Below the pieces are notes generated by a model. That model was not told where the DNA came from. It worked only from the letters and a program-made list of their open reading frames with translations, and did no database searches. From the NCBI RefSeq assembly GCF_001194135.2, contig NC_068988.1, forward strand, positions 31,251,895 to 31,315,894: DNA of 64,000 nt, given 5' to 3'. Position numbers and translations under genes: made by a program. Origin of the DNA: Octopus bimaculoides. Its lineage: Eukaryota. Of this stretch, positions 54,413 to 64,000 are shown piece by piece (the stretch's first letter is position 1; the number at the start of each line of letters is the position of its first letter).

Positions 54413-54509
54413 ATTATTATTATTTTCTATTATTTCCATCAGTCTCCTCCCCTAAAATTTCAGGCCTTGTGCCTTTGGTAGAAAGGGTTATAACTATTAT
54501 CATTGAAGA

Positions 54510-54785
54510 ATGCCCGTGGCCTATTAGTTTTGGTGTTGCACTCATAATCACTAGATCGTGGCTTCAAATCAAGGATGGAGCAGCGCGATATGTTCTTGAA
54601 CAAATCACTTTACTTCACGTTGCTCTGCGATCGTTTCGTCATCTGACATGTGGCACACTTGTGCATCTGTACAGGCTGAGGAGGAAGTGGGTTAATATAC
54701 AGCACATACATTTTCTCACTAAAGACAAATTATTTGTGTAGGTCGTTCCGCAAAAGCTAAACACTCATATGTTTGACGCGAGAGT
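54510..54785 (+). mobile_element. SINE family C
   Basis: Collinear with 23992-24275. Confidence 0.7.
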
Positions 54786-54801
54786 CTATCATTATTATTA
54801 T

Positions 54802-54967
54802 TAAGGCAATGGGCTGACAGAAAAGTTAACACTCCAAATAAGATGCTTAGTAGCATATCATACGGATTTATATACCTCAGCGGAATTTGAACACAGAATG
54901 TAGCGACGGGCGAAATACCACTAAGCATTTCGTCCAGCGTGCTGTCGAATCTGCCAGCTCGCCGCCT
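54802..54967. mobile_element. Two family A SINE heads in inverted arrangement (+ 54802-54862; - 54878-54967)
   Basis: AAGGCAATGGGCTGACAGAAAAGTTAAC on the plus strand; CTGCCAGCTCGCCGCCTT on the minus strand. Confidence 0.65.
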
Positions 54968-55016
54968 TAATATTAATAATAATGATTATTATTTCAAATT
55001 TTTGCCACAAGGGTAG

Positions 55017-55600
55017 CCAGGCAGTGGCTCTCATGGCTTTTGATCTTAATCGATTGAAAGTGTTATCACGTACATTGTTTTGTCTTGGTATAAAAGATGG
55101 GCTACAGCAAATATTCTGCTCAATACCACAGATTTGCTTGTCAGTTGTTTGACCTNNNNNNNNNNATACCACAGATTTGCTTGTCAGTTGTTTGACCTTA
55201 ACCAGTTGAGCATGTCCCTTGGTGGCTGACGATATGTGCATCTCTGATTATGAGCAGAAGTAGTAGGGGAGCATCATAGTCATGAGTTGAGAGGAATTCT
55301 TTGGGATTTGAATAATTCACCTTTGGAAACATGGGTGTTTTGCTGAACATCCTTAAACAAACCGTATTCAGGGACCATTTGAGCGGGATGGGCTACTCGA
55401 CCTGAAGAAAATTCTAACTGGGACCCCACCTTCAAAGTCATGCGCTGTTTATCTTGATATGAGATCACCATGTCGCGCACATATGGTTGTGATGCATGTG
55501 CGTGGTGTACCCTTATCAAACGGGTAGTCGTGATGGGTATAATGGGCTTCGTATATTTTACCCCGGTGTCACATTGATGGCATGCTTTGCTCTCTCACTC
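55017..55600 (+). mobile_element. ~580-bp non-coding interspersed repeat (repeat D) ending in (AAT)n; orientation inferred from the tail
   Basis: Terminal 35 bp recur in reverse complement at 23631-23665, again next to (TTA)n; higher GC than its flanks; no credible ORF. Confidence 0.6.
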
Positions 55601-55629
<29 letters not shown>

Positions 55630-55633
<4 letters not shown>

Positions 55634-55848
55634 CTTTTCAACTATAGGCACAAGGCCTGAAATTTTGGCCGATTGAACTTGTCGATTACATCGATTCCAG
55701 TTTTTCACTGGTACTTAATTTACCGACCACGAAAGGATGAAAGGTAAAGTCGACCTCGTCGGAATTTGAACGTAGAACGTTACGACTCGCGAAATACCGA
55801 TAAGCACTTCGTCCAGCGCGCTAGCGATTCTGCCAGGTCATCGCCTTA
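55630..55848 (-). mobile_element. SINE family A
   Basis: Reverse-complement full-length match; (TAA)n on both sides. Confidence 0.85.
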
Positions 55849-56275
55849 ATAATATTATTAATAATGATAATAATAACAATAATAAGAATAATGACAATGT
55901 TATCTAATTTCACAGCTATTTGCCGAGTCGATTGTGGATTCTACGGATATGTGTCGAGGCCAATGAATGTAGACAATTTTACTCTATCTCATAGCTAAAA
56001 CGCAAGTGGTTGTGTGGTGGACGGAATTCAAAGTAATGCCAACTGACGCTTTTAGGTCAAAAACGCATCAAGTTTTTCAAGTATCATTGTGATACAAAAA
56101 TGAAAATGAAGAACCCTTTATCCCCAAGCAAGTTTTCTCAAAGGTCTTTGACAGTAGGAAATATAGTTCTAGTGAATGCGTTTTTACTTCATTGATGTCC
56201 GGCAGATGTGTTTCATTAATCACAAGTATAAATTACTATATGACAGGTTCCTTTAATATTTGCCGGACAAGAATT

Positions 56276-57052
56276 TTTACTTCAGTGTACGATTCCTTAT
56301 CTCCATGCTAATCATGAAATTAGCTATGTTATGTTTAGACTGAATCATTCCGTTAGATTCTGGCATATTAAAACCTATTAACCCCACCACATAATTATTT
56401 ATACTTTGATTTTCAGAACTGCTCTCTTCAGAATTAAACATGCATTTTCAGCTCACCTCAGAACGTCTGGAGTACCGTCTCTGAGGAGGCCAGATAAAAT
56501 CGAAAGATCCTGTATGGCGATGCACCAGCGTACGGTGCAAAGTCCTGTGATTTAAATGTGCAAGGTTCATGAGCTCCTTCTCCGAAGCAGCTACAGCTGT
56601 TCTACGTTTATATACATATCATAAATTTTATACACACTGATTTGTTATTCCAAGACCGTTTCATGTGCGTATCCTCAGTTAAGTATTGTATTGTTTTGGC
56701 TACTACTTAGTAGTTAGTAGCAAGTCGACCTATAGTTGCTTAGGAGTGATTACAGCTTATTCATTAATTTCACAGAAGAATCCGATAGAGGAGAATATAA
56801 TAACATACTTTCTTTTAATATAGTAAGATTGTAACAAAATCACACATTTAACATCACATCACAGTTTTGTTCGCTAGATGTTGTTTGGTACAACTACGAA
56901 CTGCTTGCTTTATAATCCGTATTCTCAATTTTGTTTGTTACTATCACCTCTTATACAGTAGACTCTCAGATGCAATGCGTATGTCTATGTGCATTTATGT
57001 ATTTATTATTTGTTTTATTATTGCGGTTTTCCTCTATTGAGAAAGAGACAGT
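56276..57052 (-). mobile_element. ~777-bp insertion in the second copy of the local duplication; contains a hammerhead-like core
   Basis: Absent from copy 1, where 53552 joins 53562; the minus strand reads TTAA-CTGAGGA-TACGCACAT-GAAAC-GGTC-TTGG at 56651-56682. Confidence 0.5.
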
Positions 57053-58929
57053 TTTTAATTCGGGAATATAACACTTTCATTGCAGCTTTGACGTCAACTA
57101 GTAATTATTGAAAGTAGCAGTGTCTTTTCTGTTATATATATGTGTTTGTATGTTTATAATTTTGTATGTATATATATTGTAAGTAGAGTAGAAGTTCGAA
57201 CAAATATGCATGACCTTCATTCAGCTAATCTCTTACTTGGTTAAATGCACTCATCATTAGGTGTATATTGATTATATAATATATTTTGTTGCGTAGAATA
57301 TTTACCCCCGCAACCAAAATAACAAATATATTTCTACCTTTATTAAAAATAGGTACCAAAACCGCTCATCACCCACGAAATCGATCATCATTCTAACAAC
57401 ACAATTTCTATAATATAATTCTTAGCTATTAGATCTTTTCCAAAGTGCACCCGAAGCGTATACGAAATCTCTTTGAAAAGTAGTATTCTCATAATTTATG
57501 CATAACGTTCTCTACGTTTTAGTATTTCTCCAATATCATTGAAAACTTCTTGTACAAAACAAAATTCGATATATGAATATGCTGTTAAACTATATCTAAC
57601 AGAGCACTTAATTAAGAAAATGCCTCAAGAATAATGTTCTCCCTCTCTTTTCATCTCTCGCACATATCCAATTTTCCCTTTGTTAAAGATCTTAAAAATT
57701 CATTGATCTGGTTGCATTACAAACTGCACTAATTATGCATATGCTTATCAGCGAACAAATTCCACCTGAAATACAAGCTATTTTCCCATTCGCATATACT
57801 GACTCTTTTCGTAATATACGAAACACTAAATATTGAATATATGTCATCTCCACAAGACATTACTCATATAAAACTGTAACCAGTAACTGTAATTAGTGCA
57901 TTGCATTATTCTTTTTCTAGGCTTGATTCGGTCATAAGACTGTGGTCATTTTGGGCTACAGGTTATAATAGATTATACCAACACCAATTCTTATTTTATC
58001 CATTTCAGAAATATGGGAAGCTGGGTGAAATTTGAACACTGAACATAGATTTTATAAAAATCTGAATCTATGGATTTGCTTGTCCATTCTCCAAATTCAT
58101 TGTTTTGTCGTATATTTTTACAATCACGGTTGTGTCAACGAAGACAGAGACTCTGGTTTCAATTGTTCTATGCAGATATGTATAAATCTCTCTGATGCAT
58201 TGTAAAAAATAAAATTATAATTCATAAATGACAAGTTATTTTAGTGAACGTCAAAATTATGAAAAAATATCGAGCAAGATGTACTAACACCTAAATCTAA
58301 CTGGACGTTAGCAAATATAATTAGATCTAAACACTTGATCTTAGAAGAAGGCGATGGAGAGGAAAAATGATATATTGCATGTGAAATGTCTATTGGTATT
58401 TACTTTTCTTAATTTATATTTTTAGAGAAATTTCTGTCGAGTAATATTTTCTTATCACTGTGCCAATGTAAGAAAACGTATTAGCGCATGGAACAATAAT
58501 AGATAGGTTTTATTTTATGCCTGGTCAAGTACGGCTTTCTATTTGCGTTTCGGAGTAAGTGTGCAGATATGTTTGTATTTGATATTGTCTGTCTGCATAT
58601 GTGATTGTTCATACAGTTAGGAAAGTCAGTTGGATAATGTAACTCCGTTGTGTTAACCTTGCCACTTTTCTACTTATGCCAGATTCCATATTTCCGAATT
58701 GATCAGCATTCAATTGTTGTCCTCTTCTTCATTATTGTCCCTCATTCACCCATTTCTTCCTCTCATTCGTCGTGTTTTGATCATTCGTTCACAAGACCTA
58801 TCCTTGATTCTCCCCACTTCTCCCAACCTGATCCTCTATATCAGTGATTACGAATCACATTTTTTGACCTATGGACCCCTTTCCTTACTACCTCACTCTA
58901 GTGGTAGTAAAGAAAATACTACTTCACTC

Positions 58930-59198
58930 TAGTGGACTCCCATTGTCAATCGATGTTTAAAAATTAGTTTTATAGATACTTCTTTCAAAATTCCTATTTC
59001 GCTTTCCACACATTAGCTTGTGTAGGTTGAACTATGTAAAACGTTAGATAAGGAAATTTAACTGTTTCTTGCTATAAATATGTCTAAAGGAAATCTTTTT
59101 CATAGACCCTTAATATGCATGGGCCTCATCCTCACTCAGCCAACTCTTATATGGACCCCCAGGGGTATTACGGACTCCGGTTGAGAACCATTACTCTA
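58930..59198. mobile_element. Probable hAT-type MITE remnant
   Basis: Right end GGTTGAGAACCATTACTCTA resembles the reverse complement of a TAGAGCAGTGGTTCTCAACC-type hAT end; left end degenerate. Confidence 0.4.
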
Positions 59199-60239
59199 TA
59201 TCACCCATTCACTGCATTTCTAGCGAGGTTAACATTACATTCGTCCTTTTAGAAGTGTAAGAACCAAAAACCTAAGACTTAGTATTCTTAATGCTACACA
59301 ATATTCTCGGTATTCCACAAATATTTCTATACTGAATTCCAAGTTTTGTAATATTTATGTTTATCCTTCTGTACCAATTTCCATCCCACTTAAGAAGTCA
59401 ATTTTACTAACATTTTCATTGAGTTGAAAATAAGTAACAGCTCGTTCTCTTCAATTTCACATTTCTGGCCTTATTCCTGCGTAAGATACCATATTAGATA
59501 ATATAACGAATGTAATCTAATCAATGTATCGTATTGCTCTTAGAATTTGGATACAAGAGAATATTTTTTAAACAATTAGTCATATAATTACAAAATACAT
59601 AACGCCACTGACAATCTGACATGTGGGTATTATTTTCTTAGTGAAATCCTCATGCGAGATGCAGATATTCTTTCATTGAAAACAGAGGACCAATTCTAAA
59701 GATACCAAATATTAAAAAGAAAAAAAATCATCATACTGAATGAAAGACAGAATGGTTGAAAGCACGTTTTGTAAAACCATTTTCCGCAAATAAGAAGAGA
59801 AACAAGAACAAGAAGAAGGATACCAACAACAACGACGATGATGATGATGACGTAAATGATAACAATAAATTACCAAGAACAACAACAGCATCAATAATAA
59901 TGATTAGAAGATGCAGTAAAAAACGTACAAAATCAAAAACAACAAAAAACCGCTTCACAGTTTTGAAATCTTGGAAATGAAGATGAATTCAATGAAAAAT
60001 TTTTTATGAACCTTCTGGATGTTAGTATCAACGACGTTATTTCTGGGTTCAAGAACTAATGGCCATGACATTTTGATTTCTATACTTATTAAAGGGTAGA
60101 TTGTGTATTATTTTTTAAACTTTATTTTTAGTTTTATTTTCATTTGTTTTGCATTTCAGAGTTGTCATTTTCATTTTAATGTTTTTACTATTGATTTCTT
60201 GCAGTAACAGTGGTTATAATAGCTGCAGCAGCAGCTGCA

Positions 60240-60243
60240 GAAT

Positions 60244-60286
<43 letters not shown>

Positions 60287-60344
60287 TGTTGTTGTTATAA
60301 TAATAATAATAATAATGATAATAATAATAATAAAAATAATAATA

Positions 60345-60414
<70 letters not shown>

Positions 60415-60666
60415 TAATCATTATTATTTCATGGACCCTTATTATTATTTCTATCATTATTATAATCATCATCATCATCATTATTATTTGAATGTTTCTA
60501 TTTTTACTTTAGATTCAGAATATTTTTTTGTATATATTTCATTATTTCTTCATTTTTGATTTTGAATTTTTTCATTACCTTTTATTATCTTACCTCTTAA
60601 CGTGATCGAAAGCATATAAATTGTTTAATATTCTCTTCCTAGGTATATTCGCTTCATTTTTCTTCA

Positions 60667-60713
<47 letters not shown>

Positions 60714-60876
60714 GTATGTATGTATGTATATGTATATATGTGTGTGTGTATGTCTATATTTTATATGTATATATGTATATGTATATATATACATACATGT
60801 ATTCACACACGCACACACACACAGACACAGACACACAGACACAGACACAGACACAGACACAGACACACACACACAC

Positions 60877-60959
<83 letters not shown>

Positions 60960-61010
60960 AATATACATGTATATATATAGATATACATGTATACATATAT
61001 ATGCGTGTGT
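60240..61010. repeat. Compound microsatellite blocks (TAG)n/(TAA)n and (CA)n/(CAGACA)n/(TA)n
   Basis: Directly visible. Confidence 0.95.
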
Positions 61011-62446
61011 ACTCTTGTATTGCAGATTGCAAAGACGATATCTCCTTAATGCTTCAAATTGGAATGAATATTACACACGATATACGTTTATCATGGAAAA
61101 TGCTGATATAAAAGAAACAAAACCTCATTATTTGTCATCAGCGTGGTTATTGTTTGCTGTTGCAGCCGTTGTTATCGTTATTGATACTAATAATTATTAT
61201 TACATTTTGCAGTAATTTTATAGATACAAATATTTTAGAACGATTATTGACAATTTTTTTTTGCTGCTTCATTGTTATGATAATATTGTTATGGCCTAAT
61301 GTTGCTATTGGAGTTGTGATGAGATTGTTGTTGATACACCTGCCATTGATATTGTTGCTTGATATTGTTGCTATTACCGCTGTTGTTGCTTTTTCTTGGG
61401 TTAATATCCATTTTTCATTCCCTATAATTGTGTGGTCCATGTTAATTTTTTTCGATAAATATTTAATTTTTCCCCCATTTCTTTACAGATTCTACTCTAG
61501 TTCCTGTTGCTATTGTTGTTCTTAATGCTTTACACTTTCACTATTGTTTTCCTTTTTTATTGTTATTCTTTCTACTAAAATCTAGAGGATGACGGAATGC
61601 AGAATTTGTTGAGTACGGGATAAAATATCAAAACATCATATATTCAGTAACATTTTTTTTTCACTTCAACTGTTTCAAATCCTGTAAAAGTCGACTTTAT
61701 ATTTCATCATATTAGGTGCCATCCCATTGTAATATTTCCAGCATCTTGTGACCAGTAACAAAAATTCTTATTGAATTGAGTGTTATAATGTCAGACTACG
61801 ATCGTCTTTTTTCTAAGTTGAAGCTCTGTTTTCATCTTTGAATTTCATCCAACTCTTGACCGCTAATATAATTACGGACACGTACTAAGACAGATTTGCA
61901 AATTTATAAATGTAGACTATTGTGACATTGAATCGCTGTTTTTTTTTTTATTTTCAAGCTCTCGGAATTACTTGAGTGCAAAGCTTATTACGCAACTGGT
62001 CTTCCATACTTTCCAGACACGCTATTCTGTAAATCCTAATGGCTATTTCTGTCATGAGACAGTAACGGGAAATAGGTTTATAATGGGAGTGCTGGTGTTG
62101 TTGATGGTATAGTTGAGACTGGTGTCAAAAGAGATCGTGCTCTTTAAAGAATGGCACTTAACTATTTACTATGTGTATGTGCATTTTTAATGCATTTATG
62201 TGCTTGTATATTTATTTGTATATATGAAAATATATTTGTAATTGTATATATATTCGTATATATAATAGCGTTTATATATGGAAATTTCTTACGTTTCTAT
62301 TTATCTCTGTCTAGAATTTGCTTATGAGTGTGCGGATACGTGTTTTGTATACAAACCGTCTTTCTGTGCTTGTGCACGAAAACCTGTATATGTCTTCGTT
62401 TGTGTCTATATGAGTTCTTGTTTGCGCATTTATGCCTGCTTATAAA

Positions 62447-62480
<34 letters not shown>

Positions 62481-62899
62481 AATATATATATGTGTGTGTG
62501 TGTATATGTGTGTGTGTATGTATGTATGCATTATGTATGAGTACAGGTATGTATGTTCGTATATGTCATTATGTGTGTATGTGTGTATGTTTAAATATGA
62601 TAACATATTTTGCTATTATATTTATCGATCCTATTTGTATGTATACACGCACATATATTATACCGCTATACGTATATGCATGTGAAATGTGACTTGCATT
62701 TATATCAGTACAGGTTTATAAACATTTTTTTGCATGCCGATATTCTGGTCGTGCAAAGTTTGTTTGCGTTTATAGTGTGCAAATAAATGAATCCATCTTT
62801 ATGATTGTGTACCAACATATGTTCGCTGTGTATTCTTCTATTCTTGGTTTTACTCATTGAATTACAATTATGTTGGAGTTTCACCGCTAAAGGTTTTAC

Positions 62900-63270
62900 T
62901 GTTTTAGTCGATCAAAAATTTCGCGATCTACCTTTGTAGCGCTCCAACAAATGGAGGTACACAGTTGCGTGCTAGCAGTGACCGTCATGACATAGTGTGC
63001 CGAGTGACCTCATTGTGTTTATTTCGCAAGTTCTGAAATTGGTGCTTTGTGATGACGTGTATGCTTTAGTCTGCGATTTTTGTCATGGACAGGAAGTTGA
63101 AACAAAGAGCCAACGTGAAATTTTGAGTGGGAACTTGGGAAGTCTGCCACAGAGACACCGAACATGCTGCAGCAGGCTTACGGTGACGAGGCAATGGATC
63201 GTACGCAATATTTCGAGTGGCATGGGCGCTTCAAAAAGCGGATGAACTTCTCTGGAAAGCGGTGAACTTT
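62900..63270 (+). mobile_element. Mariner 5' fragment (TIR-like start, 5'UTR, N-terminal HTH)
   Basis: ATG at 63085: MDRKLKQRANVKF*, then (frameshift) LGKSATETPNMLQQAYGDEAMDRTQYFEWHGRFK, a typical mariner N-terminus; ends where the Penelope-like fragment begins. Confidence 0.8.
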
Positions 63271-63635
63271 CTACCGAAAAGACTGCGTGTACTCCATCCC
63301 ATGCAGCTGTGGTAAGTTAAAGAAAGGCGAAATATACTGCCCCCTCAAAATAAGGGTAGACGAACATCGCAAAGCTGTGACACGAAGAGATATTAATAAA
63401 TCGGGTATCACTGATCATGTATGGAAAAATGGAGACCGCCTCCCCCTGTGGGATGAACTTAAAATATTAGAGAGAGAACGCCAGTGGAAAATACGAAAAC
63501 TAAAAGAAGCAGCACATATGCTAGGACACAGCAACCTCCTAAGCAGACCACGTGCAGATATAAGCAGCATATGGAAACTAGTATTAAGGAAGAATAGAAA
63601 AATATTAGATTTATAAGCCGTAAAATTCATTCCAC

Positions 63636-63710
63636 GGGCATATGTCGTAGTGGTTAAGAGCGCGGACTACTAACCCCAAGATTCCGAGTTCGATTCCAAG
63701 CAGTGACCTG
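63636..63710 (+). other. tRNA-like Pol III head (A and B boxes) inside the PLE terminal region; not a functional tRNA
   Basis: A box TGTCGTAGTGG (63643-63653), B box GAGTTCGATTCC (63686-63697), loop CTACTAA; acceptor stem does not pair well. Confidence 0.65.
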
Positions 63711-63763
63711 AACGATAATAATAATAATAATAACATCGAAAAATACCTTAGAAATTTCCCCAA

Positions 63764-63809
63764 GGCACCTGAAAAAGGCTGGAGGGTATACCAGCCGAAA
63801 CGTTGTGTT
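63764..63809 (+). ncRNA. Minimal type-I hammerhead ribozyme motif (PLE-associated), probably inactivated by G8A
   Basis: Stem I GGCAC/GTGTT, core CUGAAAA plus an extra A, perfect 6-bp stem II GGCTGG/CCAGCC with an 8-nt loop, GAAA, palindromic ACGU stem III, GUU site. Confidence 0.6.
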
Positions 63810-64000
63810 AACAAACAAGATGAGGACAAATATCCGTTGAATGCAAATAATGTACATAGTTCCTCGTCTCTTAAATATAGAACTGTATATCTGTGATATT
63901 AATAACTAACCTTGTATCATATTATGTTAAAATGATTCTGCCTGGTGTTCACGCTAAAAAGTACAACTGTATATAGAATACTGGAGAAGTAATTCAATAG

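Larger units (their letters stand above)
63275..63890 (+). mobile_element. Penelope-like element 3' fragment: GIY-YIG endonuclease remnant plus terminal region
   Basis: VYSIPCSCGKLKKGE..PLKIRVDEHRK..KSGITDHVW..PLWDELKILERE..WKIRKLKEAAH matches PLE GIY-YIG domains (YIG decayed); the downstream CTGAAAAAGG..CCGAAACGTTG motif is typical of PLE termini. Confidence 0.8.

Noticed and set aside
55123-55198. Exact 33-bp direct repeat flanking a 10-N gap
   Set aside because: Typical scaffolding overlap artefact of two unmerged contig ends.
56451-56610. Minus-strand open frame ending at a GAG/GTGAGC donor-like site
   Set aside because: Weak acceptor, no recognisable protein, and it lies inside a probable TE insertion.
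58886-58935. TACTACCTCA (complement of let-7 nt 1-10) in a 19-bp direct repeat
   Set aside because: The minus strand diverges from let-7 after 10 nt and has no pre-miRNA fold; there is no evidence of a 3'UTR context; such a match is plausible by chance.
63636-63710. Possible tRNA gene
   Set aside because: The acceptor stem does not pair and it is embedded in a repeat; treated as a tRNA-derived head. The same applies to all SINE heads.

Overview
AT-rich eukaryotic (animal) draft-assembly DNA, densely packed with microsatellites; most N gaps abut simple repeats. The repeat landscape (several tRNA-headed SINE families, R4/Dong-type LINEs, extreme (TA)n/(CA)n/(TAA)n/(CAT)n load) is most consistent with an octopus genome; this is inference, not a database result. 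I find no intact host protein-coding gene, rRNA, true tRNA or CRISPR array, so the window looks intergenic or deep intronic. Almost all long ORFs in the supplied track are translated microsatellites or N gaps. The recognisable coding remnants are all transposon fossils: four R4/Dong-like RLE non-LTR retrotransposon fragments, a Tx1/L1-like 3' end, a Penelope-like GIY-YIG fragment, two mariner fragments, a maT/DD37D-like fragment and a Chapaev3-like fossil. The most interesting signals are: (1) three to four minimal type-I hammerhead-ribozyme-like motifs in Penelope-related or short non-coding repeats, including one just downstream of a tRNA-like Pol III head and a two-copy family with a non-canonical CUGUNGA core; (2) (TAA)n tracts used by LINEs and SINEs in consistently opposite orientations; (3) tandem SINEs separated by a thrice-repeated 11-bp target site; (4) a near-perfect 161-bp hairpin and a ~960-bp foldback element.
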